From NCBI GenBank assembly GCA_028873865.1, contig JAPPNI010000039.1:26752-90751 (forward strand): 64,000 nucleotides of DNA, given 5' to 3'. This document shows, piece after piece, positions 48,440 to 58,231 of the stretch (position 1 is the first letter of the stretch; every line of letters begins with the position of its first letter). This DNA is from Chloroflexota bacterium (GTDB taxonomy: Bacteria > Chloroflexota > Dehalococcoidia > Bin125). The notes beneath the pieces were generated by a model. The model ran no database searches. It had not been told where the DNA came from and was given only the letters and a program-made list of their open reading frames with translations. The translations under genes and the position numbers were made by a program.

Positions 48440-50656
48440 CTACAGTGCCGGGTTGGCCGGCGAGCCTTCACGAGGCGTGGCCTGCAGTTCGGCCTGTGCG
48501 GCAGGCGGATACTCGATTCGCTGATGGTGCGCCCCGACCAACGTCTGTTTGAAGCTTGCCGAGATCTGCCTGAGCTCGCTCAGGGTCAGATCGCAGTGGT
48601 CGAGTTGCCGTTCGCGCAGACGCTCGTCGAAGACCCCGTCGATCAACATGCCGATTCGGTCGGCATCGTGCTCTCCGCTGACTCGGACGACCGCTTCGCA
48701 ACTGTCGGCCAGCATCACGATCGCGGTCTCACGTGACTGGGGCGGTGGTCCGGGATAGGTGTAGTCGCGCGGGTCTACGCGAGGATCGGACATAGCCGCC
48801 TTGCGGTAGAAAAAGGCAACCCGGCGCGAACCATGATGCTCGAGGATGAAATCGCGAATCCTCGGCGGCAACCGATCGCGCCGGGCCAGGTCGTCGCCTC
48901 GCTCAACGTGCTCAATGATCAGGCGGGCGCTCTCGCTCGGCTCGAGATTCTCGTGCGGATTGGGACCGTCCTGGTTCTCAATGAACATCGCGGGGCGGTT
49001 GAGTTTTCCGATGTCGTGATAGTAGGCGCCAACGCGAACGAGCAACGGATCGGCACCGATCTGCGCGGCGGCCCGCTCGGACAGGGTGGCGACCAACAGG
49101 GAGTGGTGGAAGGTTCCCGGGGCTTCTTCCTGCAATCGACGCAGGAGAGGGCGCTGGAGTTGCGCGAGTTCGAGCAGGCGCATCGGGGTCGTGATCCCGA
49201 ACAGGGCTCCCAGCAGCGAGAACGCGCCGATCGTGATCACGGCGACCAGCGCCGCGGTGACCAGCGCCGCCAGCGCCAGCCAGCCGAGCTGATCGGTCAC
49301 CCGCTGCGGGTCGAGCAGCCAGATCGCGGCTCCAGCGAGCAAGCCCGACACTCCAGCCGCAATCCCGGCCAGGCCGTACTGGGCCAATGCTTGCGCCCGA
49401 GTCGCGGCGAACACGCCTCCGAGGGAGCTCGCGAGAAAAAAAGCCAGGGGGCGCAGCGCCAACGAGCCCGAGGGCGCCAGGCCGTAGTCGGGCAAGACGA
49501 TCGCCGCTGTTCCGGCCAGGACGGAGATGAGGACTCCAGTGGTGATGCCGAGGCCGGTACTGAGCAGCGCAGCGACCAGAACCGGTCCCGCCGCCAGGGG
49601 CAGCATCAGGTCCAACGACTCGTCGACGCCCCCCGGTAACGCGAACTCGAACCAGGCGCGCGCCGCTGCAACGGAGAGCAGGATCAGCATGGCCAGGAGC
49701 AGCAGGCGTCGATCGCTGGCGGCTTCGCCCGGTTTCCAGATCACCAGATAGAGCGCGAACACCCCGGCGGCGCTGATGCCAATGATGACGATGGCCCCCA
49801 ATGATTCGAGCTCGATACCCGCGCCGCGGGGCGTGAGCTGAGACAACGCTTCGCCGGCGAAGTCGTCCACCATCGCGCCTCGCGGGACGATGAGTTCGCC
49901 TTCGACAACTGTGCGGGCGACACCGGGAACGGAACTTGCAGCTCGATCGCGGGCCTGTTCTGTGAGCGCCACCGATTCGATCATGGTGGGACGCAGGTAT
50001 GCGGACACGAGCGAAGCGATCAAGGCCGTTTCGGTCAACGACAATGTCGGATCAACCCGGTCATGCAGGGTGAGCCTCACGCCGGTGAGATCCTGCTCGT
50101 AGAGTCGCTCCTGCAACAGGGATTCCAAGACGAGCTGGGACTCCCGCTGAATGCTGCCGAACAACGGGTTGGACACGGCGACCAGGAAAGCTTCGTCACG
50201 CTCCGGCAGCCTCGAGCCCGGAATGAGGGTTGGCTCGCTCGGTGTCGGCTCCGCGGTCTGCTGCGAGTCCGCCCCCTGCTCATCTTCCTGTTCCTGCCCG
50301 TCGGGCTGCGCGCCGGTTTCCTGGTCCGCGGCGACGGGTGCGTTGCGCGCTTCGCGTTCCAACGCCACGGCGTCGAGGTAGAGGCGGAGCGCCTCCAGTT
50401 GCGCCGGACGGACATCGGGGTTGAACTCGGAGAGAGGTTCGACCTCAGCTCGCGCTGCTACTTCGGCCTCGGCCGTCAGCGTCGGGCTGATGAACCTGAC
50501 CTCCTGCGACGCCACGATGTCACGGTCGGCGATGGCGCCGACGGCGGGGAACTGCTCTTTCGGTTGAAAGGGAGTGAGGGCGAGAACGATCCCGATGGCC
50601 AGCGCTACCCCGAACAGGCCGACGCGCCACGGAGTGAAATAGGTTGGCTCGCTCAT
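48440..50656 (-). CDS. 7TM-receptor with intracellular HD hydrolase (PgpH/YqfF-like HDIG membrane phosphohydrolase)
   Basis: N-terminal extracellular domain, 7 TM block, C-terminal HD domain (YYHDIGK); start ATG 50656 preferred (TTG 50725 alternative). Confidence 0.8.
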   Translation of the reverse strand: MSEPTYFTPWRVGLFGVALAIGIVLALTPFQPKEQFPAVGAIADRDIVASQEVRFISPTLTAEAEVAARAEVEPLSEFNPDVRPAQLEALRLYLDAVALEREARNAPVAADQETGAQPDGQEQEDEQGADSQQTAEPTPSEPTLIPGSRLPERDEAFLVAVSNPLFGSIQRESQLVLESLLQERLYEQDLTGVRLTLHDRVDPTLSLTETALIASLVSAYLRPTMIESVALTEQARDRAASSVPGVARTVVEGELIVPRGAMVDDFAGEALSQLTPRGAGIELESLGAIVIIGISAAGVFALYLVIWKPGEAASDRRLLLLAMLILLSVAAARAWFEFALPGGVDESLDLMLPLAAGPVLVAALLSTGLGITTGVLISVLAGTAAIVLPDYGLAPSGSLALRPLAFFLASSLGGVFAATRAQALAQYGLAGIAAGVSGLLAGAAIWLLDPQRVTDQLGWLALAALVTAALVAVITIGAFSLLGALFGITTPMRLLELAQLQRPLLRRLQEEAPGTFHHSLLVATLSERAAAQIGADPLLVRVGAYYHDIGKLNRPAMFIENQDGPNPHENLEPSESARLIIEHVERGDDLARRDRLPPRIRDFILEHHGSRRVAFFYRKAAMSDPRVDPRDYTYPGPPPQSRETAIVMLADSCEAVVRVSGEHDADRIGMLIDGVFDERLRERQLDHCDLTLSELRQISASFKQTLVGAHHQRIEYPPAAQAELQATPREGSPANPAL

Positions 50657-50778
50657 TGCAGGATCATTGGAGCATGATCGCCCGCACTCAGTGCGAGGCG
50701 GGGCGTCGAGCGCTCCACGATCCAATCATACAGACTCGTTACGTCAAGAACGCTGGGCTCGACGGGGCGACGGGGGCG

Positions 50779-51246
50779 TCACTCCGCTTCGGCGGCAGCC
50801 GCCAGTAGTTCGCCGACCACGGCATTGACGAGCGACCCATCGGCCTCGCCGCGCAGCTCGCGCATCAGCATGCCCATCACCTTGCCGCGGTCGCCGGGAC
50901 CGGTCGCGCCGACCTGCTCAATCACCGCACGTGCCCTCGCTTCGACCTCGTCGCGCGAGAGTTGCCTGGGCAGGTACTGCTCGATGATCGTGATTTCGAT
51001 CCGCTCTTTGTCGGCGAGGTCGTCGCGACCACCCTTCTCGAACTGCTCGATCGATTCGCGTCGTTGCTTGACCTGCCGCTGCAGGATGGCGAGGATGTCC
51101 GACTCGGGGAGCTCGGCGCCCCGCTTGTCGATTTCAGCGTTCTTGATGGCGGCTTCGAGCATCCTGATCGTGTTGCGGCGCGGCACGTCTTTGGCGCGCA
51201 TCGCATCTCGAAGGTCGGAGCGCAACTGGTCACGAACACCAGGCAT
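50779..51246 (-). CDS. GatB/YqeY domain protein
   Basis: 155 aa; colinear with YqeY. Confidence 0.8.
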   Translation of the reverse strand: MPGVRDQLRSDLRDAMRAKDVPRRNTIRMLEAAIKNAEIDKRGAELPESDILAILQRQVKQRRESIEQFEKGGRDDLADKERIEITIIEQYLPRQLSRDEVEARARAVIEQVGATGPGDRGKVMGMLMRELRGEADGSLVNAVVGELLAAAAEAE

Positions 51247-51319
51247 CGGTTAGATCATTTCAGCACGCACGCTACAGTCGTGCTGCGGCGCACTTGAGCC
51301 GGGAACGCCTCTCGCGAGG

Positions 51320-51463
51320 CTAGTCAGCCGAGGGCAGCACCTTCGGCTGCATCAGTTCCATCTCACGCTCGTCGACCTTGAGGTCGCATTCACCCGGCTT
51401 GATGCAGAGCACTTCGATGCCCGACTCTTCGTCCCGGTATCGCTTGCCCAATTGGACTGCCAT
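51320..51463 (-). CDS. unannotated small protein (47 aa), GKRY-motif paralog
   Basis: MAVQLGKRYRDEESGIEVLCIKPGECDLKVDEREMELMQPKVLPSAD; AAGGGA SD 9 nt upstream; GC3-rich codons; below 60-aa ORF-track cutoff. Confidence 0.4.
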   Translation of the reverse strand: MAVQLGKRYRDEESGIEVLCIKPGECDLKVDEREMELMQPKVLPSAD

Positions 51464-51520
51464 TGTCGTGGTCCCTTACTCGCTCAGCGGTCTACTCCTG
51501 GCCGACGGGCGCTGGAGTCG

Positions 51521-51643
51521 CTACTTCTTTTCTTCCAGCGGCGTGTCACCGCACTTGAGCTCTGCGTCGCCGCCGCGCGTCACAATGAACTCCGCGCCGC
51601 AGCTCGGGCAGAAGTAACGCTTGCCGGTCTGTGCTGCTGCCAT
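51521..51643 (-). CDS. unannotated small zinc-ribbon protein (40 aa)
   Basis: MAAAQTGKRYFCPSCGAEFIVTRGGDAELKCGDTPLEEKK; CPxCG knuckle + downstream Cys; AGGAGA SD 8 nt upstream. Confidence 0.45.
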   Translation of the reverse strand: MAAAQTGKRYFCPSCGAEFIVTRGGDAELKCGDTPLEEKK

Positions 51644-51780
51644 CCTGATCTCTCCTGACCCCGCCAATCCGTTGGAGGGGATGCTCTTGTCACGCCGAAA
51701 GTGGAATACCAGTCAGCGTACCAATGCCGAACGATTCAATCTGCGCTGCCGGTCACGCCCCGGCGTTCGCCCAGCTCAAG

Positions 51781-52782
51781 TTATGACGAGCCGCTGTGGC
51801 TGCTCAGCCAGTCTCCCAGTTCCGCAGAAATTTGACCGCAGGTATTGGAAGTGACCTGAGTCGCCGGCGTTGGAACAGGTAGTCCAGCCGCAAACCGTTC
51901 CTCGGCGGTGACGAGGTTGTTCTCAGCGGTGAGGTAGTCGGAGACGACCTTGAGCCAGGCGCGGTTCATCGCGACCTCCTGCTGCACGTCCGACGCCGCG
52001 TTGTAGGTTGAGCGGGCATCGGCGATCGCCGTTGAGTCATCGGAGGTTCTCAGCGTCACTGCGGCCAGGACCAGGTTTGTGTAGCCCTTTTCGTAGGCGG
52101 CCAGATCATCCTGCGCCTCTTGCAACCCTTCGCCCGACTCTTCCGCCTCTGCGACTGCCTCGCGCAAGCTGATCATTTCAGCGTCGCTGGCCTCGGTCCG
52201 GGCGACGGCGCCCTTGGCCGCATCCAGATCGGCGAACCAGCCCGAGGCCTTCAGGGTGTCCTCGGCCGCATCGAATGCGATGTGCAGGTTTTCGATCGTG
52301 ACTTCGTCCAGATGATGCGCGTGTTCGACGGCCTTCTCCCAGGCGTTGCCGGCGTTGGTCGTGATGAGCGTGACGAGGTTGTCGATCTTGAAGCCGTCCA
52401 GCGAGCCGCCCTGATCGATGCTCCAGGGAGGCATCGGCGTTCCGTTCCGTCCGCAGGTGATCGTGTAGCGGTATTCGTTCTGCAATGCCTCGAGTTGTCC
52501 CTGGTTGTCTGTCAGGAACGCGTAGGTGTTGTTTGGGGTGTTCAGCGCTGGACCGACCAGTGATGCGTCCGACTCTAAGCCTCTGCCGTCGTTGCCGTGG
52601 CATTCACGGCAGTTGTTGGCAAAGGTCCATGAGGCTCGCTCGGCGTCCTTGGTCAGGATTTCCGAGCGAGCTTCGGTCCGCCGTCCGTTGTCGAACCACG
52701 TGTAGGCCCCCAGCGAGGCCACCGACAGCACCAGCAGGATCACCATGGCGAGAATCTGCTTCTCGGTGTTCTGTCCGCTCAT
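51781..52782 (-). CDS. membrane-anchored monoheme c-type cytochrome of bc complex
   Basis: N-terminal TM then CRECH heme-binding motif; long C-terminal domain. Confidence 0.75.
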   Translation of the reverse strand: MSGQNTEKQILAMVILLVLSVASLGAYTWFDNGRRTEARSEILTKDAERASWTFANNCRECHGNDGRGLESDASLVGPALNTPNNTYAFLTDNQGQLEALQNEYRYTITCGRNGTPMPPWSIDQGGSLDGFKIDNLVTLITTNAGNAWEKAVEHAHHLDEVTIENLHIAFDAAEDTLKASGWFADLDAAKGAVARTEASDAEMISLREAVAEAEESGEGLQEAQDDLAAYEKGYTNLVLAAVTLRTSDDSTAIADARSTYNAASDVQQEVAMNRAWLKVVSDYLTAENNLVTAEERFAAGLPVPTPATQVTSNTCGQISAELGDWLSSHSGSS

Positions 52783-52843
52783 CGTCCTCTATTCCCCGTG
52801 TGCCTCGCTTGTACGAATGCTCGTCAAGTGACCGTTCGGCCGG

Positions 52844-53572
52844 TTAGCCGTAGGACGTGGTGCGCTGAGGATTGTCCTCACCGCCCTTTTTGATGTTGCC
52901 GGTGTTGACCGTCAATGAGCCGTCGCTGTTGACGGTGATCTCCATGGTGTCCATTGGGCGCGGAGCGGGACCGAAGACTCGGATACCGCCGCGGGTGTAT
53001 GTCGAACCATGGCACGGGCAGCGGAACCATCCGGTGACGCCCTCGAAGGGGAATCCCGGCCGCCAGGGGATGGTGCAGCCCAGGTGCGGGCACTTCCACC
53101 ACAGCGCCAGCAGTCCCTGATCACCTTCAAGGCCAAACCCGGCATGTGTACCGTCGCCGGCGCGGAGGTGGGCCAGGTAGAACTTGCCAATCTGGATCGG
53201 GGCCGGGTCGGCGCCGACATCGGGCACCGCGCCGGCGCCGACGGTGATCCGGCCGCCGAAGCCGGTCACGCCGCGGGGCCAGAAGTTGGACAGGAAGGCG
53301 CCGAGCCCGCCTGTGAGACCGAACGTGAAGAATCCCCAGAACGATACGCGCAGCAGTTGCCGTCGCGTGACCTGGCCCTGTCGGGCACGCCGACGCTGGG
53401 CCTGGGTGACCATCGCTCGTGCGCCCTCGCCCGCCTGGACAACGCCGGCTCGCGATTCGGCTCGCAGGTGAGGAGCACGCTGGGGCCGTGAGCCGCCGGA
53501 CGGTTCGGCCGGAGCCGGCACGCGGCGCTGCTGACCGCCCTCTCCCGTTTGCTCTGTGTTGCCGTTGGCCAC
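52844..53572 (-). CDS. Rieske [2Fe-2S] protein
   Basis: CPHLGC ... CPCHGS boxes; twin-arginine RRQLL + TM anchor. Confidence 0.85.
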   Translation of the reverse strand: MANGNTEQTGEGGQQRRVPAPAEPSGGSRPQRAPHLRAESRAGVVQAGEGARAMVTQAQRRRARQGQVTRRQLLRVSFWGFFTFGLTGGLGAFLSNFWPRGVTGFGGRITVGAGAVPDVGADPAPIQIGKFYLAHLRAGDGTHAGFGLEGDQGLLALWWKCPHLGCTIPWRPGFPFEGVTGWFRCPCHGSTYTRGGIRVFGPAPRPMDTMEITVNSDGSLTVNTGNIKKGGEDNPQRTTSYG

Positions 53573-53575
53573 CGG

Positions 53576-54475
53576 TTACTCCTCCAGCACCACGATGTCC
53601 CAGGGCGGCTTGAGGTCCTGTCCCTGGCCACGGAAGGCGGTACCAACGATCGTCGTCGTCAGATAGACGCCGATGAAGGCCGAGAAGATGAGCAGTGCAA
53701 TGTCGCGTCGTGTGTGGATCCAGCCGAGGGCCTTGCAGAACAGAACGAACAGCACTGGCAGGCCAACCATGGTGGCCACGGGAATGATCTGCTGCGACAG
53801 GAACGAGGGGAAGTTGAGGTTCAGTAGCCACGGATCGGTTGTGGTTCCGGGGATGCCCAACGGGATCGCGCGCCAATCCGCGAACATCGTGAAGCCGCCG
53901 ATGGTGAAGCCTAAGGAATCCCAGGGAATGCCGGTATCGAAGCCGCGCAGGTTGCGGAACCAGTCCAGCCCGCCCGGCCAGCTGAAGTCGCTGTTCAGGC
54001 CCAGGCCGCGGATGATGTTCTCGGTCCAGACGACATGCAGTGAGCCATCCCAGATGATCAGCAGACTGGTGATCAAGGTGGCGGCGGTGAAGCCGAAGAT
54101 TGCCAGCCGGCCGGCGAACTTGGTCCCGAACCAGACGCCCTGGCCCTCCTGATCGCGGTCCCAATAGGGGATCGCGGCGAGCAGGACGAGCGCGATGGTG
54201 GGAACGATCACGCCGGCCCAGGCGGGCTCCATGTGCAAGAGCAGTTCCTGCAGGTTGAGGAAGTACCAAGGCGCCTTGGACGGATTGGGGGTGGTGTCTG
54301 GGTCGGCTCGGTTGAGCAACGGCGCATTGACCATCGCCGACAGCACCATCAAGGCAATGGAGAAGATCAGTGCGGAGATGAACTCGATGAAGACCAGGTC
54401 CGGCCAGACCAGGACTTCCTGCTCACGCTCACGGCGTGGACGTGTTCGGACGGCGGCAGCAGCGCGGCTGACCAT
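53576..54475 (-). CDS. cytochrome b C-terminal part (b6f subunit IV-like)
   Basis: PNPSKAPWYFL (PEWY-like) motif, 3-4 TM. Confidence 0.8.
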   Translation of the reverse strand: MVSRAAAAVRTRPRREREQEVLVWPDLVFIEFISALIFSIALMVLSAMVNAPLLNRADPDTTPNPSKAPWYFLNLQELLLHMEPAWAGVIVPTIALVLLAAIPYWDRDQEGQGVWFGTKFAGRLAIFGFTAATLITSLLIIWDGSLHVVWTENIIRGLGLNSDFSWPGGLDWFRNLRGFDTGIPWDSLGFTIGGFTMFADWRAIPLGIPGTTTDPWLLNLNFPSFLSQQIIPVATMVGLPVLFVLFCKALGWIHTRRDIALLIFSAFIGVYLTTTIVGTAFRGQGQDLKPPWDIVVLEE

Positions 54476-54490
54476 CGAGTTGTCCTCCCG

Positions 54491-55246
54491 CTACAGCGGC
54501 CGTGCGAGTCCGCCGTCACGACGAACTCGCCAGAAGTGCACGGCCAGGAAGATCGAGATCACCAGCGGCAATCCAATCACGTGCAGTGTGTAGAACCGAA
54601 TCAGCGCGTTCGAACCCACCGAGAACCCACCAAGCAGGAGGAACTTCGACTCGTCGCCCAGGACGGGTGCTGAGCCGACCATCGTCGTACCGACGGTGAT
54701 CGCCCAGAACGCGAGTTGGTCCCAGGGGAGCAGGTAGCCGGTGAAGGAGAGTAACAATGTGAGAATGAAGAGCACCACGCCGACGACCCAGTTGAACTCG
54801 CGCGGTGGCTTGTAGGCGCCGGTGTAGAAGACGCGCATCATGTGCAGCAGGACGAGGATGATCATGGCGTGCGCCATCCAGCGGTGCATGTTGCGCAGCA
54901 GCTGGCCGAAGCGCACGTTGGCCTCGAGCGCCTGGATGTCCTGATAGGCGCGCTCCACCGAGGGCACGTAATAGAACATCAAGAGGACGCCGGTCACGGT
55001 CAGTCCCAGGAACATGAAGAACGAGAGACCACCGAGGCAGTAGGTGTGCGTGATTTTGACGTGAGTGCGGTGGATGCGTGTCGGATGGAGGTGGAGGAAG
55101 ACGTTGGTCGCGACTGCCAGCATCTGGTTGCGCGGCGTGTTCGGGTAGCCGGTACGGAAAATCGACTGCCAGACGTAGTTCTTGAAGATCAGATCGTAGA
55201 TCAGGTCGTTGAACGACTTGCGCGGCGCGCGTTCGAGGTTGGCCAT
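54491..55246 (-). CDS. cytochrome b6-like (cytochrome b N-terminal part)
   Basis: four TM with paired His (heme bL/bH ligands), colinear with PetB/QcrB. Confidence 0.85.
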   Translation of the reverse strand: MANLERAPRKSFNDLIYDLIFKNYVWQSIFRTGYPNTPRNQMLAVATNVFLHLHPTRIHRTHVKITHTYCLGGLSFFMFLGLTVTGVLLMFYYVPSVERAYQDIQALEANVRFGQLLRNMHRWMAHAMIILVLLHMMRVFYTGAYKPPREFNWVVGVVLFILTLLLSFTGYLLPWDQLAFWAITVGTTMVGSAPVLGDESKFLLLGGFSVGSNALIRFYTLHVIGLPLVISIFLAVHFWRVRRDGGLARPL

Positions 55247-55251
55247 TGCGG

Positions 55252-55332
55252 CTTAGCGCTCCCACCAACGCCCGAGAATCACGAGCGCGCCGAAGCAGAA
55301 GAGCATCGTCAGCCCCACGAGCGGCAACTCCA
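55252..55332 (-). CDS. 26-aa hydrophobic micro-ORF translationally coupled to cytochrome b6
   Basis: [26 protein letters not shown]; stop 5 nt before cyt b6 ATG; inside transcript from predicted promoter. Confidence 0.3.
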
Positions 55333-55436
55333 TGATCTCCGAGCGAAACGGAATCGTCACGAGGGCGGCTGTCAGCAGGTCCACCAGCTACCTCTTCCCA
55401 CGTTTATCCCGACCGCCCCATCGGGGCACGCTCAAG

Positions 55437-55465
55437 AAATGTAAGCCCGCGCGGAATTGTGGTCA
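55437..55465 (-). promoter_or_regulatory. putative sigma70-like promoter for cytochrome bc operon
   Basis: minus strand TTGACC-N17-TACATT. Confidence 0.4.
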
Positions 55466-55515
55466 AGATCACGACCCCTCGCTCTGGCTGCCAGTGTGCA
55501 GGGACCGGCCGGCGG

Positions 55516-56601
55516 CTAGCCCTGCTCGCCTGCCCGCATTATCGCAACTCGACCTGATACAGACGAGTCCTCAGCGAGCACCTCGCCGATCCTCGTGGCT
55601 TGCTCCGACTCGGCCAACACGGAGTCCGCATCCCGGGCAGCGACGACCAGCGCCATGCCCAGGCCCATGTTGAACACTCGATGCATCTCGTTGCCTGAGA
55701 TCTCGCCGCGCGACTGCATCAGGCCGAAAATTGGGGGCGTCGTCCAGAGGGAGGAATCCAGTTCAACCCGGACGCCGGGCGGCAACACCCGCTCGATGTT
55801 TCCCGCTATCCCTCCACCCGTGATGTGGGCGATTCCTTTGACCCTGTCCAATGCATTACGCAACTCGGGCCAGTAGGAAACATGCGGATGCAGCAGCGCA
55901 TCACCCAGCGATTCGTCCAACGCGGGCTCGAACTGGCTGAGCCGTGCGCGGCGCTCTTCCCACGAGCCGTCTTCAGGCCGCAACTCGAAGATCTGGCGCG
56001 CCAGGGAATAGCCATTCGTGTGCAGACCGTTGCTCGGCAGGCCGAGGACAATGTCACCTGGCTCGATGTTCTCGCCCGTGATTTCCAGGCCCCGCTCGAG
56101 CACGCCGACGATGGTTCCGGCGAGGTCGAAGTGGCCGGCGGGGTAGAGGTCGGGCATGTCCGCCGTCTCACCGCCGAGCAGCGCGATGCCGCTCTCGCGG
56201 CAGGCCGCCGCCACACCGGAGACGACCGTGACCTTTTCGTCCTCCGACAATTCGTTGGCTGCCAGGTAGTCGAGGAAAAACAGCGGCGCTGCGCCGGCGC
56301 AAAGGATGTCGTTGATGCAGTGGTTGACAAGATCACGGCCGACGCCTTCGAGGCGTCCGGCCAGGCTGGCGATCATCACTTTGGTGCCGACGCCGTCTGT
56401 CGAGGCCGCGAGTACCGGGCGGTCGTAGCCGGACAACTCGAACAGGCCGCTGAACGCCCCGACATTCCCCAGCTGCTCTGGTCTGGTGGCGCTCTTGGCC
56501 AGGTCCCGGTAGCGAGGAATCAGGCGGTCGTTGGCGTCGACATCAACGCCGGCTGCCGCGTACGCGGTCGCGGTTGGCTCAGGCAGGTCGGTCCGGGTCA
56601 T
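55516..56601 (-). CDS. purM: phosphoribosylformylglycinamidine cyclo-ligase PurM
   Basis: 361 aa AIRS family. Confidence 0.9.
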   Translation of the reverse strand: MTRTDLPEPTATAYAAAGVDVDANDRLIPRYRDLAKSATRPEQLGNVGAFSGLFELSGYDRPVLAASTDGVGTKVMIASLAGRLEGVGRDLVNHCINDILCAGAAPLFFLDYLAANELSEDEKVTVVSGVAAACRESGIALLGGETADMPDLYPAGHFDLAGTIVGVLERGLEITGENIEPGDIVLGLPSNGLHTNGYSLARQIFELRPEDGSWEERRARLSQFEPALDESLGDALLHPHVSYWPELRNALDRVKGIAHITGGGIAGNIERVLPPGVRVELDSSLWTTPPIFGLMQSRGEISGNEMHRVFNMGLGMALVVAARDADSVLAESEQATRIGEVLAEDSSVSGRVAIMRAGEQG

Positions 56602-56604
56602 CGC

Positions 56605-58191
56605 TCAGCGGCGCTCCGGGGCGAGCGCGACCATCGTCTCGTCGGAGCGGCCGCTGCGAGGCGGCGCTGCTCCGTTGCCGTTGCCATTTCCATTCACCGG
56701 TCGCGGAGCGGCAGTGACCAGCGGCACGGTGAGCGTGTCGATCTCGAAGTCGGTCTGCACGGAGACGGGATAGTCGCCGTTGAAACAGGCCAGGCAGGTG
56801 GTCTTGCCCAGCGAGAGCGCTCGCTGCAGGCCGTCCTGGCTGAGATAGCCAAGCGAATCGGCACCCAGGTGCTGGCGGATCTCTTCGACCGAATGCCGAG
56901 CGGCGATCAACTCCTGCCTGGTCGCCATGTCAACGCCGAAGTGGCAGGGATGCTGAATCGGCGGAGCGGCGATCCGCATGTGGATCTCCGTTGCGCCCGC
57001 TTCGCGGATGAGCTTCACGATTCGCGGGGTTGTGGTTCCGCGAACGATGGTGTCGTCGACCACGACTACGCGCCGTCCGGCCAGCACTGAGGGCATTGGG
57101 TTGTACTTGAGATGAGCGCCCAGGTCGCGCAGTCGCTGGTCGGGCGAGATGAACGTGCGGCCGACGTAGCGATTCTTGACCAGGCCTTCGGAGTAGGGGA
57201 TGCTAGACTCGGAGGAGTATCCGATGGCATGCGCCGTGGCCGAGTCGGGCACGCCGATCACAACATCAGCGTCGGCCGGGTGCTCGCGCGCCAACTCGAC
57301 GCCGAGCTGCGAGCGCGACTGCCAGGCGGCCTGTCCGTCAAGGATCGAGTCGGGCCGCGCGAAATAGATGTGTTCGAACACACAACCGGCTGGCTCGGCC
57401 GGGAAGATCGCCTGGTAGGAACGCATTCCGCGCTCATCGATCGTGATTAGCTCGCCGGGCCGGACCTCGCGCAACAGCGTCGCGCCGAGTTGGTCCAACG
57501 CGCACGTCTCGGAGGCGACCACGTAGCGTCCGCCGACCTGTCCGATGCAGAGTGGCCGCACGCCATAGGGGTCGCGAGCGGCCATCAGCCGGTCGGGGGT
57601 GAGCAGGACCAGCGAATAGGCGACCTCGATGTGTCGCATCAGGGCGCTGAATCGGGCCTCCCAGACCGCGTCGGCATCCGTCTCTTCGTCGCCGAACTGG
57701 AGCAGGTACTTGGCCAGGACTTCAGTGTCGGTCGAGGTCTCGAACGTCGCGCCGGCCTCGGTCAGTTCGACCCGGACCTGGGCCGCGTTGACCACGTTGC
57801 CGTTGTGCGCCACCGCGACCTGATCGCCGGTCAATGGATCGTCGAGCAGAATTGGCTGCGCGTTGCGGAACCGGCTCGCGCCTGTGGTCGAGTAGCGCGT
57901 GTGCCCGATGGCGGCGATGCCCTCGAGTTCGGCGGCGCTCTGCTCGTCGAAGACCTGGGCGACCAGTCCCATACCAGTCTTGACGGTCAGCGTGCGGCCA
58001 TCGGTGGTACAGATCCCGGCGCTCTCCTGGCCGCGATGTTGCAGTGTGTGGATGCCGTAGAAGGTTTCGACCGCGACATCGACCTCCGGCGCCCAGATGC
58101 CGAAGACGCCGCACGCCTCGCGCGGGCGGTCGTCGATTTCGCGTAGGGGGCTAGAGGGTGGGGACTCAGATTCGGTAATCGGCTGATGCAC
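56605..58191 (-). CDS. purF: amidophosphoribosyltransferase PurF
   Basis: CGVFGIW N-terminal nucleophile Cys, PRTase domain. Confidence 0.9.
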   Translation of the reverse strand: MHQPITESESPPSSPLREIDDRPREACGVFGIWAPEVDVAVETFYGIHTLQHRGQESAGICTTDGRTLTVKTGMGLVAQVFDEQSAAELEGIAAIGHTRYSTTGASRFRNAQPILLDDPLTGDQVAVAHNGNVVNAAQVRVELTEAGATFETSTDTEVLAKYLLQFGDEETDADAVWEARFSALMRHIEVAYSLVLLTPDRLMAARDPYGVRPLCIGQVGGRYVVASETCALDQLGATLLREVRPGELITIDERGMRSYQAIFPAEPAGCVFEHIYFARPDSILDGQAAWQSRSQLGVELAREHPADADVVIGVPDSATAHAIGYSSESSIPYSEGLVKNRYVGRTFISPDQRLRDLGAHLKYNPMPSVLAGRRVVVVDDTIVRGTTTPRIVKLIREAGATEIHMRIAAPPIQHPCHFGVDMATRQELIAARHSVEEIRQHLGADSLGYLSQDGLQRALSLGKTTCLACFNGDYPVSVQTDFEIDTLTVPLVTAAPRPVNGNGNGNGAAPPRSGRSDETMVALAPERR

Positions 58192-58231
58192 GCGGTCCTC
58201 GCGTTAGTCGATTCCGTGTTGTAACTGCACC

